Assembly (NCBI GenBank): GCA_046483285.1
Contig: JAWODN010000055.1
Coordinates: 36,530 to 100,529, forward strand
DNA length: 64,000 bases
From: Candidatus Aminicenantes bacterium
GTDB lineage: Bacteria > Acidobacteriota > Aminicenantia > Aminicenantales > Aminicenantaceae
Reading direction: 5' to 3'
Part shown: in pieces, positions 34,317-43,790 of the stretch
Layout of the letters: every line of letters begins with the position of its first letter
How positions within the stretch are numbered: the stretch's first letter is position 1
The notes under the pieces: generated by a model
Told to the model about the DNA's origin: nothing
Seen by the model: only the letters and a program-made list of their open reading frames with translations
Database searches by the model: none
Made by a program: the position numbers and the translations under genes

Positions 34317-34844
34317 ATGGAATATATTGCTGCTGTTTGGCGAGCGGATTACGTCAGGAACTCGGGTAAAATGAAAGAATGCATCTTCTGCCGGGCGCTG
34401 AAATCAAATCATGACAGGGATGCCTATATCCTTCACCGGGGCCGGTTTAATTTTATCATTCTCAACAAGTTTCCCTATTCACCGGGTCATCTGATGATCG
34501 CTCCGCTGCAGCATCTCGATTCCATAGAAAAAGCGGATAAAACGGTTTCCGATGAAATGTCGGATTTTCTGAAAATAAGCCTGAAAATCCTGCGTGATTC
34601 TTATAAACCGCACGGTTTCAATACAGGTATGAATTTAGGTCAAAGTGCGGGTGCGGGGGTTGCCGGTCACTATCATCTTCATATCATTCCAAGATGGACA
34701 GGTGATTCCAATTTCATGCCGATTATAGGAAAAACCCGGGTGACTATCGAAGACTTGGATACGTCTTTCCAAAGGCTGGCTCCATTATTTCAAAAAATCC
34801 GGAAGAACCAGAATATACCGGGAAAACAATTCAAATCATCGTGA
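34317..34844 (+). CDS. HIT-family nucleotide hydrolase/transferase
   Basis: Histidine triad HYHLHIIPR and a C-x2-C zinc motif (ECIFCRA). Confidence 0.7.
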   Translation: MEYIAAVWRADYVRNSGKMKECIFCRALKSNHDRDAYILHRGRFNFIILNKFPYSPGHLMIAPLQHLDSIEKADKTVSDEMSDFLKISLKILRDSYKPHGFNTGMNLGQSAGAGVAGHYHLHIIPRWTGDSNFMPIIGKTRVTIEDLDTSFQRLAPLFQKIRKNQNIPGKQFKSS

Positions 34845-34845
34845 G

Positions 34846-36003
34846 GTGAAAATGAATTTCCAGCTGACTGAAGAGCAAAACATGCTTCGGGAAATGGTTC
34901 GTGAATTCGCTGAAAATGAAATCCGCCCCCAAGCACGGATTCTGGAAGAAAGCCGGACTTTTCCGGAAGAACTGCTCAAGAAGATGGCTGATTTAGGAAT
35001 TCTGGGAATGACGGTCCCTTCAGAATATGAAGGGTATCAAGTCGACACCCTTTCCGTGGCTTTGGCTTTAGAAGAAATAAGCCGGGCCCTGCCTTCTCTT
35101 GCGGTTATTCTTTCCGTTCATACCAGTTTGTTTTGTTATTCCATAAACAACTTCGGAACCGAGTTTCAAAAAAAACGTTATCTTCCGGCTGCTGCCCGGG
35201 GTGATATTATCGGAGCTTTCAGTTTAACCGAACCTGAAGCGGGCTCTGATGCGGCCAACCTTAAGTCCGTCGCCCGGAAAAAGGGAGACCGCTATGTTCT
35301 CAATGGAACCAAAGCCTGGGTCACCAGCGGAAAAACCGCCGGGGCTGTTATCATTTTCACCCAAACCGAAACCGTTAAGGACAAAAAAATCAGCGCGTTC
35401 ATCGTGGATAAAGATTCATCCGGTTTTCAGGTTTCAAAAATAGAAGACAAAATGGGCCTGAATTCTTCTTTAACCGCAGAGATCACTTTGGAAGACTGCG
35501 AAGTCCCTGAAGAAAACCGGCTGGGACAAGAAGGAGAGGGACTTCATATCGCTCTTCATGGTCTGGATTTGTCCCGTATCGGCATCGCAGCTCAATCCGT
35601 TGGACTGGCCCAGCGATCCCTTGAAGAAGCTGTGGAATACGCCCGGCAAAGGAAGGCCTTTGGAAAAAACATCTCTCAATTCCAGGCCGTCCAATTTATG
35701 CTCGCGGATATCGCCGTATTGGCGGAAGCGGCACGGCTTCTCACTCACCGGGCCGCTTGCCGGTTTGATAAAGGCCTTCCCTATGCTCAAGAGTCCGCCA
35801 TGGCCAAGCTTTTTGCTTCCGAAGCCGCTAATAAAATCGCATACAAGGCTTTGCAGGTTCACGGAGGATATGGGTATTCCAAAGAATTCTTTATCGAACA
35901 GCTCTACCGGGATGCGAGAGTACTTCCAATTTACGAGGGCACATCCGAAATACAAAGAGTCATCATCTCCCGGCATCTTTTGAATGAAGGCCCCTCGCAA
36001 TGA
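34846..36003 (+). CDS. Acyl-CoA dehydrogenase (short/medium-chain type)
   Basis: FAD/CoA motifs GAFSLTEPEAGSDA and YEGTSEIQR, with the catalytic Glu near the C-terminus. Length 385 aa. Confidence 0.85.
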   Translation: MKMNFQLTEEQNMLREMVREFAENEIRPQARILEESRTFPEELLKKMADLGILGMTVPSEYEGYQVDTLSVALALEEISRALPSLAVILSVHTSLFCYSINNFGTEFQKKRYLPAAARGDIIGAFSLTEPEAGSDAANLKSVARKKGDRYVLNGTKAWVTSGKTAGAVIIFTQTETVKDKKISAFIVDKDSSGFQVSKIEDKMGLNSSLTAEITLEDCEVPEENRLGQEGEGLHIALHGLDLSRIGIAAQSVGLAQRSLEEAVEYARQRKAFGKNISQFQAVQFMLADIAVLAEAARLLTHRAACRFDKGLPYAQESAMAKLFASEAANKIAYKALQVHGGYGYSKEFFIEQLYRDARVLPIYEGTSEIQRVIISRHLLNEGPSQ

Positions 36004-36037
36004 ATCCGGTGGTTTCTTTCGCTGTTTAATCCAGCCT

Positions 36038-36640
36038 GGATGAGGAACGGGAGGGAGCGGCCGGAGATGCGGGGCGTTATCCGCCGACTGCACTCTTTGC
36101 AACGAGAGACCGGTTTTCTAAGTTGTAAGTTATACAGACTGAATGAAGAGCGGGCGGGAGCCGCCGGAAAGGGGAGTGCTGTTTATCGCCATTTTTTTAT
36201 GGATTCAGGATGTGTATAATAGATTTTCTAACCTGAATTATTCACGGGTCGAGATTGCCGCAGACGACGACAATTCTTTAATTCAATGTCGTCCCGAGGA
36301 GCGGAGCGACGAGGGATCTGTGAGTGCTTTCGTCAGGCCATATTGATAACGGGTTGCCAATTCGAAGCAGTCCGGGATCCTTCGCTCCGCTCAGGATGAC
36401 ATTAAATTAATGAAAGGTCGTCACTTCACTGCGAATGCCCTGCAACAAAGCAGATGCGGTGAGAGTCGGCCCGCCCGAAGGGTAAAAAAATTGCGATTAA
36501 AATAAAAATATGAAAATGAAAAACTTTCCATTTGAACTTTCAATAAAAATCATGTTAATCGCTGATAAAAAAGGGATTGCAAAAACATCGCAATTTTTTT
36601 ATGAATAATTCAGGCTAAGGTATAAGTCAGGATAGGTTAA
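36038..36640 (+). repeat. Mosaic repeat, modules G-G-F(degenerate)-B-E plus pre-start motif, facing ppiD
   Basis: Two G copies (36038-36075 and 36118-36190). T7-ATGGATTCAGGATGTGTATAAT at 36193-36220. B at 36235-36300. The BE element 36235-36613 is about 95% identical to 56405-56789. Ends in AGGCTAAGGTATAAGTCAGGATAGGTTAAG at 36611-36640. ORF 36143-36346 inside it is spurious. Confidence 0.85.
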
Positions 36641-36672
36641 GTTGAATAAAATCAGTAATATGAGGTGCACCC

Positions 36673-38601
36673 ATGCTTAAATCAATGCGGAAAAATCTGA
36701 AATCATTATCTCCGGCTCTATGGTTCGTCATCGTCGCTTTTATCATTTCCATCTTCGCGGTTTGGGGCGGCGCAGGCCGGCTGGGGGAATCGCGCGCGGA
36801 AGACACTCTCATTAAAGTCGGAAATAAAAAAATCTCTACTGGAGAGTATATTGAGACTCTTCGGATGCAGCTGCAAAACATGCAGGAGCAATTCCAAGAA
36901 CTCAATGCCGAATTCATCCAGCAAATGAATATTCCCCAGCAAGTGCAGGAGCAATTAATTCAAAAGGCCGTCTTGCTTGAAGTGGCGGACCGCATGGGCC
37001 TGCGTGTCATAGATGAAGAGATAAGAGATCAAATCATGAATCTCCCGGTTTTTCAACGGGAAGGCCAATTCGTCGGATATGATGAATATGAAAGAATTTT
37101 GAAATGGAACCGGATCCCCCTGGCCACATTTGAAGAAGGGCTCCGGGAGGATGTGCTGGCCCAAAAAACCGTCGACCTGATAACCGCGGGAATCACCGTA
37201 ACCGAAGATGAACTCTGGGAATATTATAAAAATAACAATGAAAGCGCCAAACTCGAATATCTGATCATCGATTCGGCTGAAATGGAATTGGAGATGGAAC
37301 CTTCAGATGAAGACCTGAAGGAATATTATCTCAGCCACCGTGAAAAGTACATTCTGCCCCCCATGCGGGAAGGCGATTATATTTTTCTGAGTTTCCAGGA
37401 CTTGAAAGAAACCATGGAAATCGAGGAAAGCCGTATTGAAGATTATTATGAAGCCAACCAAAGCCGCTTTTCCGAACCCGAGGAAATCACCGTCAGCCGG
37501 ATTTTCATTTCTTCGGAAAAAAATGAATCCCCTCAAGAAAGCATTCATAGCCTTATTGAAGAACTGGAAGCAGGCGCTGACTTCGGGAAACTGGCAGCCC
37601 GATATTCCGATGACGACAAAGCAGAAGAACAGGGGAACTGGGGACAAATGGAATGGAAGCGGCTGACGCCCCAAGAACAGGAGATCATTCAATCACTGGA
37701 GGAAGGCGCCTTTTCCGAACCCCTGGAACTTGAAGATGGTTATTCCATTCTCAAAGTGACCGAAAAAATCCCCGCCAAACAACTTTCCCTGGACGAAGTC
37801 CGGGACAGGATAATCAGTATTCTGAAAGACCAGAAAGCCAGAGAATACGCCGAAGAAACCATGGCCCGCCTTCAAAAAGAAGCGGAGAAGGAAAACAGCC
37901 TGGATGTCGCAGCTCAAAAGTCAGGCTATAAAATCAAAAGCACCGGTCTCATTAAGGAAGAAGACAGCCTGGATGATATCGACCCGGCCGGAAACATCAG
38001 CCGTTCTCTTTTTATGCTGGAAGACGCAGGGGATATTTCCCCAGTTATTCAGACAATGAGGGGAATGTCTGTGATCCAGCTCAACAAGATAGAAACCTCC
38101 CGCCCCGCCGAGTTCGAAGAAATCAAAGAAGAGGTTCAAAAGGATTGGCTGCTCCAGCAGAAAAAACAGCGGGCCCTGGAAAAAGCCCTCTCCATACAAG
38201 AAGAATATAAAAACAAAGAATTGGAAACAGCATCAAAACAACATGACCTGGAATACCAGACAGCCGAAGAGCATATGCGGGGGCAATACCTCAGCACCAT
38301 CGGAGATGATCCGGAAGTGGATGCGGCCGCCTTCTCCCTGCCTTTACAAGAACTCAGTCAGCCGATTGAAATGAATGACGGATATGTGCTTCTTCGCGTT
38401 CTGGACAGGACCGAAGTGACGGAAAAAGATTTTGAACAAAACAGGGAAGAAGTCCGGGAAAACTTACTGAATACCAAGACCAACAAATTCTTTCATTCCT
38501 TTTATATTCAGCAGCGGGAACAGCTTGAGGTTAAGCCCAATTTCAACCTTATCAGCCGCATCAATTCGGAAATCCTGGCACGCTACAGCACGGAACAATG
38601 A
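36673..38601 (+). CDS. ppiD: Periplasmic chaperone/peptidyl-prolyl isomerase PpiD-like (N-terminal TM anchor, SurA-like and parvulin domains)
   Basis: N-terminal TM helix WFVIVAFIISIFAVWG. SurA_N-like region. Two parvulin-like PPIase segments (ISRIFISS..., ...GYVLLRVLD). Confidence 0.65.
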   Translation: MLKSMRKNLKSLSPALWFVIVAFIISIFAVWGGAGRLGESRAEDTLIKVGNKKISTGEYIETLRMQLQNMQEQFQELNAEFIQQMNIPQQVQEQLIQKAVLLEVADRMGLRVIDEEIRDQIMNLPVFQREGQFVGYDEYERILKWNRIPLATFEEGLREDVLAQKTVDLITAGITVTEDELWEYYKNNNESAKLEYLIIDSAEMELEMEPSDEDLKEYYLSHREKYILPPMREGDYIFLSFQDLKETMEIEESRIEDYYEANQSRFSEPEEITVSRIFISSEKNESPQESIHSLIEELEAGADFGKLAARYSDDDKAEEQGNWGQMEWKRLTPQEQEIIQSLEEGAFSEPLELEDGYSILKVTEKIPAKQLSLDEVRDRIISILKDQKAREYAEETMARLQKEAEKENSLDVAAQKSGYKIKSTGLIKEEDSLDDIDPAGNISRSLFMLEDAGDISPVIQTMRGMSVIQLNKIETSRPAEFEEIKEEVQKDWLLQQKKQRALEKALSIQEEYKNKELETASKQHDLEYQTAEEHMRGQYLSTIGDDPEVDAAAFSLPLQELSQPIEMNDGYVLLRVLDRTEVTEKDFEQNREEVRENLLNTKTNKFFHSFYIQQREQLEVKPNFNLISRINSEILARYSTEQ

Positions 38602-38643
38602 TTCTCATTATAAAAGATGAACGGATAAGCTGAGGCAGGATGG

Positions 38644-39408
38644 TCAGGACTGATATTTCTCCCTGATCGCCTCCAATAACATATCACGAACCCTGTCCTC
38701 CATGGCCTGTCTGAATGAGGCAATAGTCTTGGCGGGAACAGCAGACATATGTTTTTTGATGGTCATCGGAGCCCCGACTTTGACTTGGATGGTGCACGGG
38801 ACAAAGACCGGCCAGTGGGTTCCGAACATGGCTACGGGAGTAACAGGGACTTCCAGCCCCTCCTGCATAAGATTATAACAGATCACGGCAGGCCCCCGCT
38901 TGAAAGCAATCATATAAGGATTGGAAGAAGGGGTTTTTAATTTCCCCCAGCCCTGCAAAAGGACAACCACACGGTTTTCACGCAAACGGTCTTCACAATA
39001 TCCGATTGCAGATTTCTTTTTGCTGTATATATCAACCGGAACGGTGCCGATTCTTGAAATATTCCGGGAGATATAATCCACTAAAGGCGCTTTCCACGGC
39101 TTCAACAGAAGATCTAGAAATAATCCAAATTCTTTCAGATTGTAATTGAAGTAATTCCGGATTAAGGAATTGAAATCTTTTCTATTAAAAATCATCCGGT
39201 TTGCGGTGAAAAAAAGAAACCGGGGTGTTATTTTAAACAGCACCGCGATGTCCTTGAAACTGCCCACATGATTCCCCACCATGATATTCGGTCCGGATTT
39301 CACAAAATGATCTTCTCCGGAAACAACAACTTTTTTGCCTAACAAAGAAATTCGCCGCAGCCGATCAATAACCGGCTGCAGCCTCATCAGTTCTTTTTCA
39401 TAATCCAT
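38644..39408 (-). CDS. 1-acyl-sn-glycerol-3-phosphate acyltransferase family (PlsC-like)
   Basis: HxxxxD acyltransferase motif (GNHVGSFKD) and FPEGT-like downstream blocks. Confidence 0.65.
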   Translation of the reverse strand: MDYEKELMRLQPVIDRLRRISLLGKKVVVSGEDHFVKSGPNIMVGNHVGSFKDIAVLFKITPRFLFFTANRMIFNRKDFNSLIRNYFNYNLKEFGLFLDLLLKPWKAPLVDYISRNISRIGTVPVDIYSKKKSAIGYCEDRLRENRVVVLLQGWGKLKTPSSNPYMIAFKRGPAVICYNLMQEGLEVPVTPVAMFGTHWPVFVPCTIQVKVGAPMTIKKHMSAVPAKTIASFRQAMEDRVRDMLLEAIREKYQS

Positions 39409-39657
39409 TTTACTTGTTATGGATTATTAAAAACGTTTCTTTTGGTCTTGTCAAAACATAATTTATCCCGGGCTTTTCTGTCCTGACCCGTGAAAACGGG
39501 CATGGAAACGGACGATGGATCACCGCAGCACGGATTCCCGAACGGGAAAAAACCCCGCAAAGAGGGATGGGCTTTCTTCTTGAAACAGATCACAAACAAT
39601 GCTAACCTGATTTTCCACCCCGGCGGATAAGCCAGCCGGGATGTCCGCAAATGCGAG

Positions 39658-39692
39658 GCATGTGTGTAATACGCCACGAACCATGAAAATCG
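39658..39692 (+). repeat. F-module fragment (ATGTGTGTAATACGCCACGAACCATGAAAATCGG), promoter-like, 18 nt before the iadA RBS
   Basis: Matches ATGAGTATAAyACACCGTGAACCATGAAAATGA of F modules at 15261-15296 and 56051-56086. The minus-strand ORFs at 39417-40117 are spurious. Confidence 0.5.
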
Positions 39693-39709
39693 GAATTAAG
39701 GAGGACACC

Positions 39710-40903
39710 ATGGCCGTTCTTATACGGGGCGGGGAGGTTTTCTCTCCGGATCCCCTGGGGGTAAAAGATATCCTTATCGCCGGTTCCAAAATTCTTGCTG
39801 TCGCGGATCCGGGTGAGATCCGCATTCAGGGTTTTCCCTGCACGGTTATGGATGCCACCGGACTTGTCGTCTGCCCGGGTTTCATCGACAGCCACGTGCA
39901 CATCACAGGCGGCGGCGGTGAAGGAGGTCCGGCCACCCGGGCTCCGGAAATCAGCCTGGAAGATATCATTTCCAGCGGAGTCACCACAGTGGTCGGATGT
40001 TTGGGAACCGACGGCGTCACCCGTCATATGGAATCCCTTCTGGCAAAAGCCTTCGGCCTGGAAAAAGAAGGCGTGTCCACTTACATATTCACCGGATCCT
40101 ATGAAATCCCCGTTCAAACCCTGACCGGAAGCGTCAGGTCCGATTTGATATTGATTGAAAAAGTTATCGGAGCGGGGGAAATCGCCGTGTCAGACCACCG
40201 TTCCTCCCAGCCGGATTTCCATGAATTCGCCAGGTTGGCAGCCGAGTGCCGCGTGGGCGGCATGATCGGAGGAAAAGCCGGGATCCTTCATTGCCACATG
40301 GGTGACGGCGGCCGCCGGCTGGATATGATATTCCGCCTGCTGCAGAAAACCGAAATCCCGGCCGCCCAGATCGTTCCCACTCATGCTAACCGGAATCCCG
40401 AGCTGATGGAAGAAGCCATCGCATTTATTCACCAAGGCGGGACCATCGACTTGACCGCCGACCTTGATCCGGATCCTGCCGGGAGCCGTCAGCTCAGTGT
40501 GGCCTCCGCCATAGAACGCTGCCTGGAAAAAAATGCCGGCCTCGAACATATAACCGTGAGTTCCGACGGAAACGGAAGCCTGCCCGTCTTCAATCAAAAG
40601 GGAGACCTGACCGGGCTCACCGTCGCTTCGGAAAAAAGCCTTCTCATCAATTTCCGGTTTCTGGTCAAAAATAAAATCACGGGTCTCCCTCAAGCCCTTA
40701 AATTTTTCTCCTCCAATCCCGCCCGCTGTTATAAACTGCATGGAAAAGGGCGGATTCATGAAGGAATGGACGGAGATGTGATCATGCTGGACAAGGACCT
40801 TCAGCTCAGGCATGTTCTGGCTGGCGGCCGGGTTATGGTCGAGAACGGTTCCGTCAAAGCAAAAGGAACCTTCTCAACTTCAAAAAAGGACGCCCCATCA
40901 TGA
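39710..40903 (+). CDS. iadA: Isoaspartyl dipeptidase (amidohydrolase superfamily)
   Basis: DSHVHITGGGGEGG metal site, an HxH region and the catalytic Asp region. The start is MAVLIRGG with RBS AGGAGG; the track begins 69 nt earlier inside the repeat. Confidence 0.75.
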   Translation: MAVLIRGGEVFSPDPLGVKDILIAGSKILAVADPGEIRIQGFPCTVMDATGLVVCPGFIDSHVHITGGGGEGGPATRAPEISLEDIISSGVTTVVGCLGTDGVTRHMESLLAKAFGLEKEGVSTYIFTGSYEIPVQTLTGSVRSDLILIEKVIGAGEIAVSDHRSSQPDFHEFARLAAECRVGGMIGGKAGILHCHMGDGGRRLDMIFRLLQKTEIPAAQIVPTHANRNPELMEEAIAFIHQGGTIDLTADLDPDPAGSRQLSVASAIERCLEKNAGLEHITVSSDGNGSLPVFNQKGDLTGLTVASEKSLLINFRFLVKNKITGLPQALKFFSSNPARCYKLHGKGRIHEGMDGDVIMLDKDLQLRHVLAGGRVMVENGSVKAKGTFSTSKKDAPS

Positions 40904-42330
40904 CCGCACCTGACCGCCCCGGTTCAAAAACTCCGGCCAGACGGCCTTCGCTGGGAACCGCCCTGATACCTTTAATCTCCATGGGCCTGCTGCTGGGAGT
41001 CGGATATGGGGTCTATCAAATACGTCCCCAGGTGCTTCTGGTAGCCGCGGCTTTTCTCACCGGAATATTAGGGTTTTTCCTGAAATTCAAATGGAAGGAA
41101 ATGGAAAGAGGGATCGTGGACAGCATTCACAAGGCCATGCCCGCGATTCTGATCATGCTGTGTGTGGGCATTCTCGTCGGAGCCTGGATTGCTTCAGGAA
41201 CCATTCCCATGATTATATATTACGGGCTCAAATTGATATCCCCGAAATTTTTCCTGGTCACGGCTTGCTTTGTCTGTTCGCTGACTTCCCTGGCCACCGG
41301 AACCTCCTGGGGAACCATAGGGACCTTGGGGGTGGCCTTTATGGGCATCGCCATGGGCCTGAATATTCCCTTGGGGCCGGCGGCGGGAGCTGTGGTTGCA
41401 GGTGCCTATTTTGGTGACAAAATGTCTCCATTTTCAGATGTCACCAACCTGGCCCCCGTGGCTGCCGGGGCCAATTTGTTTGATCACATCAAACATATGA
41501 TATGGTCCGCCGTACCGGCCTGGCTTATCGGTTTGCTCATTTACTTTTTTGTGGGGCTGGGATACAGCGGCACCACTGTTGAATCCGAAGAAATGCGAAT
41601 GATCACAGCCACCATCAAAGACAACTTTCAATTCAACATTCTTCTGCTCTTGCCCATGGTGGTGGTTTTTTACTTCGCGGTTACAAAAAAACCGACCATT
41701 CCCGGCATGCTGCTGTCCTCATTCGTCGCCGGCGTCCTGGGGGTGGTCCTGCAGGGAGCTTCCGTCCAGGAAATCGCGACCGCTGTTAACACGGGATATC
41801 AAGCCGATACCGGAGTGGTTCAGGTGGATCAACTGATTTCCCAGGGCGGCATGATGAGCATGATGGAAACCCTCCTGGTCGCCTTCACCGCCTTCAGTTT
41901 CGGCGGAATCATGCAATCCACCGGAATGCTTTCCGTCATCCTGGACCGTGTGATGACTTTCGCCCGAAAAGTTTCCAGCATCGTCTTGACCACCGTCTCC
42001 GCATGTGTGATGACTGCCCTGGTCACAGGCAGTTCGTATCTTTCCATGATCATCCCGGAAGAGCTTCTGGCCCCGGTTTACCGCCGCAAAAAACTCGCAG
42101 CGAAAAACCTCTCCCGTATCGCACAAGAAAGCGGAGCCATCATCGTTCCCCTTATTCCGTGGAGCATGGCCGGAGTCTATATAACCGGGACCATAGGAGT
42201 GTCAACCTTCACTTACCTCCCTTGGGCCTTCATGAATTATATCTCTGTTCTTTTTCTTATTTTATTCGGCTTCACCGGATTCTCCATGGCTCCGAAAATC
42301 CGGGAAGATGAAACTCAAATCGGAAGTTAA
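40900..42330 (+). CDS. NhaC-family Na+/H+ antiporter-type transporter
   Basis: 476 aa, 11-12 TM segments, NhaC-family blocks (GTSWGTIGTLGVAFMGIA, FGDKMSPFSDVTNLA). ATGA overlap with iadA. Confidence 0.75.
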   Translation: MTAPDRPGSKTPARRPSLGTALIPLISMGLLLGVGYGVYQIRPQVLLVAAAFLTGILGFFLKFKWKEMERGIVDSIHKAMPAILIMLCVGILVGAWIASGTIPMIIYYGLKLISPKFFLVTACFVCSLTSLATGTSWGTIGTLGVAFMGIAMGLNIPLGPAAGAVVAGAYFGDKMSPFSDVTNLAPVAAGANLFDHIKHMIWSAVPAWLIGLLIYFFVGLGYSGTTVESEEMRMITATIKDNFQFNILLLLPMVVVFYFAVTKKPTIPGMLLSSFVAGVLGVVLQGASVQEIATAVNTGYQADTGVVQVDQLISQGGMMSMMETLLVAFTAFSFGGIMQSTGMLSVILDRVMTFARKVSSIVLTTVSACVMTALVTGSSYLSMIIPEELLAPVYRRKKLAAKNLSRIAQESGAIIVPLIPWSMAGVYITGTIGVSTFTYLPWAFMNYISVLFLILFGFTGFSMAPKIREDETQIGS

Positions 42331-42346
42331 CCGGACACCCCTCAGC

Positions 42347-42661
42347 CTATTCGGAATCCTTAAGCTTGGAAAAAACCCGGCTGAATTTATCTTCGGCTTG
42401 TTTCTTTCTTTCTCTGGTCATGGCCGCGGTGGAGGCAAGCTTGTTTTCCATTTGGGTTTTTTTTGACCGTTCCTTTTCCAATAACTCATCCAGGCTTTCT
42501 TTTATTTTCTGTGATTTTTCCGATTTGATGACATCCAGGGTATGACGCTCCACCCATATCCGGGACCGGCAGATTGGACACGTCACGCACCCCGCCGATG
42601 CTGACTTTTCATCCATTTTTTTCATAAAAAGCAATGTATCAAAAATGAAAAAGAGGGGCAA
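42347..42661 (-). CDS. Small zinc-ribbon plus coiled-coil protein, hypothetical
   Basis: CVTCPICRS...H zinc ribbon followed by a Lys/Glu-rich helix. Lies downstream of the sigma-54 activator on the same strand. Confidence 0.4.
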   Translation of the reverse strand: MPLFFIFDTLLFMKKMDEKSASAGCVTCPICRSRIWVERHTLDVIKSEKSQKIKESLDELLEKERSKKTQMENKLASTAAMTRERKKQAEDKFSRVFSKLKDSE

Positions 42662-42695
42662 GTTCTTTCAAGGGCGGGGGGAATGCCTTTCCGGG

Positions 42696-43667
42696 TCAGG
42701 AGGAGGGAATGTCGATGCGGTGCTTTTTTATCAATTTAAACAAGCCCTGCCGGCTCATTCCAATCTCCTCAGCCGTTTGAGAACGGTTATAGTTGCATTT
42801 TACCAGGGCGCGGTGGAGATAAATTTTTTCAAATTCATTTCTCGCTTTAAAAAAATCATTATGGGAAGGAATCTGCCGGTCGACCGTTTGCTGAATCCGC
42901 GATGAAAGATGATGTTTTTCTATTTCATTCTCATCGCCGGAAAAAATCAAGCATCTTTGCATTTCGTTCTGGAGTTCACGAACATTTCCCGGCCAGGAAT
43001 AAGCCGACAAAACCGCCAAGGCCCGTGGAGATATGGTGATCCCCGGCCGGCCGTTTTCCCGGCTGAACTTGGTTAAAAAATAGAGCGCCAATTCTTTAAT
43101 ATCACTGCGTCTTTCTCTCAAAGGCGGAATTTCCAAAGAGATAATTTTCAGTCTGTAGTACAGATCTTCGCGGAATCTTTCTGCTTCGATTTCATTTTCG
43201 ATACATTTATTGGTCGCGCTGATGAACCGGACATCAACATACCGCCGGCGGTTTTCGCCTATTCTCCGGATTTCTTTTTCCTGCAGCAGACGCAGCAGTT
43301 TAGCCTGAAGCCGCGGAGAAAGGTCGCCGATTTCATCTAAAAACAAAGTTCCCCCCTGGGCCTCTTCAATAAGGCCTTTTCTGTCCTGATAGGCACCGGT
43401 GAAAGCTCCCCTCATATAACCGAATAATTCACTCTCCAACAAATGCTCAGGGATGGCACCGCAATTCAAGGCCACGAAAGGACCGCTATTCCTGTGGCCG
43501 CAATGATGGATGTTTCTGGCCACAAGTTCCTTTCCGGTGCCGCTTTCTCCGCCGATAAAAACCGGGGCGTCACTGTCTTTAACCTTCTCTATAAAGGCAT
43601 TGATCTCCTTAATGGCCGAACTGAAACCGATCATCTTAAAAGAATTCGTACCGGACTCGTTCTTCAC
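42696..43667 (-). CDS. Sigma-54-dependent transcriptional activator without a receiver or sensory domain (PspF-like: AAA+ and HTH only)
   Basis: Walker A GESGTGKE, GAFTGA, ESELFGY and R-finger region. C-terminal Fis-type HTH. Only about 15 aa precede the AAA+ core. Confidence 0.8.
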   Translation of the reverse strand: MKNESGTNSFKMIGFSSAIKEINAFIEKVKDSDAPVFIGGESGTGKELVARNIHHCGHRNSGPFVALNCGAIPEHLLESELFGYMRGAFTGAYQDRKGLIEEAQGGTLFLDEIGDLSPRLQAKLLRLLQEKEIRRIGENRRRYVDVRFISATNKCIENEIEAERFREDLYYRLKIISLEIPPLRERRSDIKELALYFLTKFSRENGRPGITISPRALAVLSAYSWPGNVRELQNEMQRCLIFSGDENEIEKHHLSSRIQQTVDRQIPSHNDFFKARNEFEKIYLHRALVKCNYNRSQTAEEIGMSRQGLFKLIKKHRIDIPSS

Positions 43668-43790
43668 TCTTTCCTCCCTGGGTCATCTGCTGTCCGGCCG
43701 CCGCCGGTTCAATGCCGCATGCATTTAAAAAGGACGGCGAAATTAGATTATTTTCTCAAGAAATATTGAAATTTCGGGAAAACGGTGACT

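Noticed and set aside
36370-36395. GCAGTCCGGGATCC resembling the RNase P GAAAGUCCGGGCUCC core
   Set aside because: It is present twice within the two-copy BE element and lacks the rest of the P4 and P10-12 context.
43668-43790. Sigma-54 promoter (TGGCAC-N5-TTGC) in front of the PspF-like activator or elsewhere near the two sigma-54 activators
   Set aside because: No -24/-12 match was found by eye in the checked intergenic regions. This may need a proper scan.
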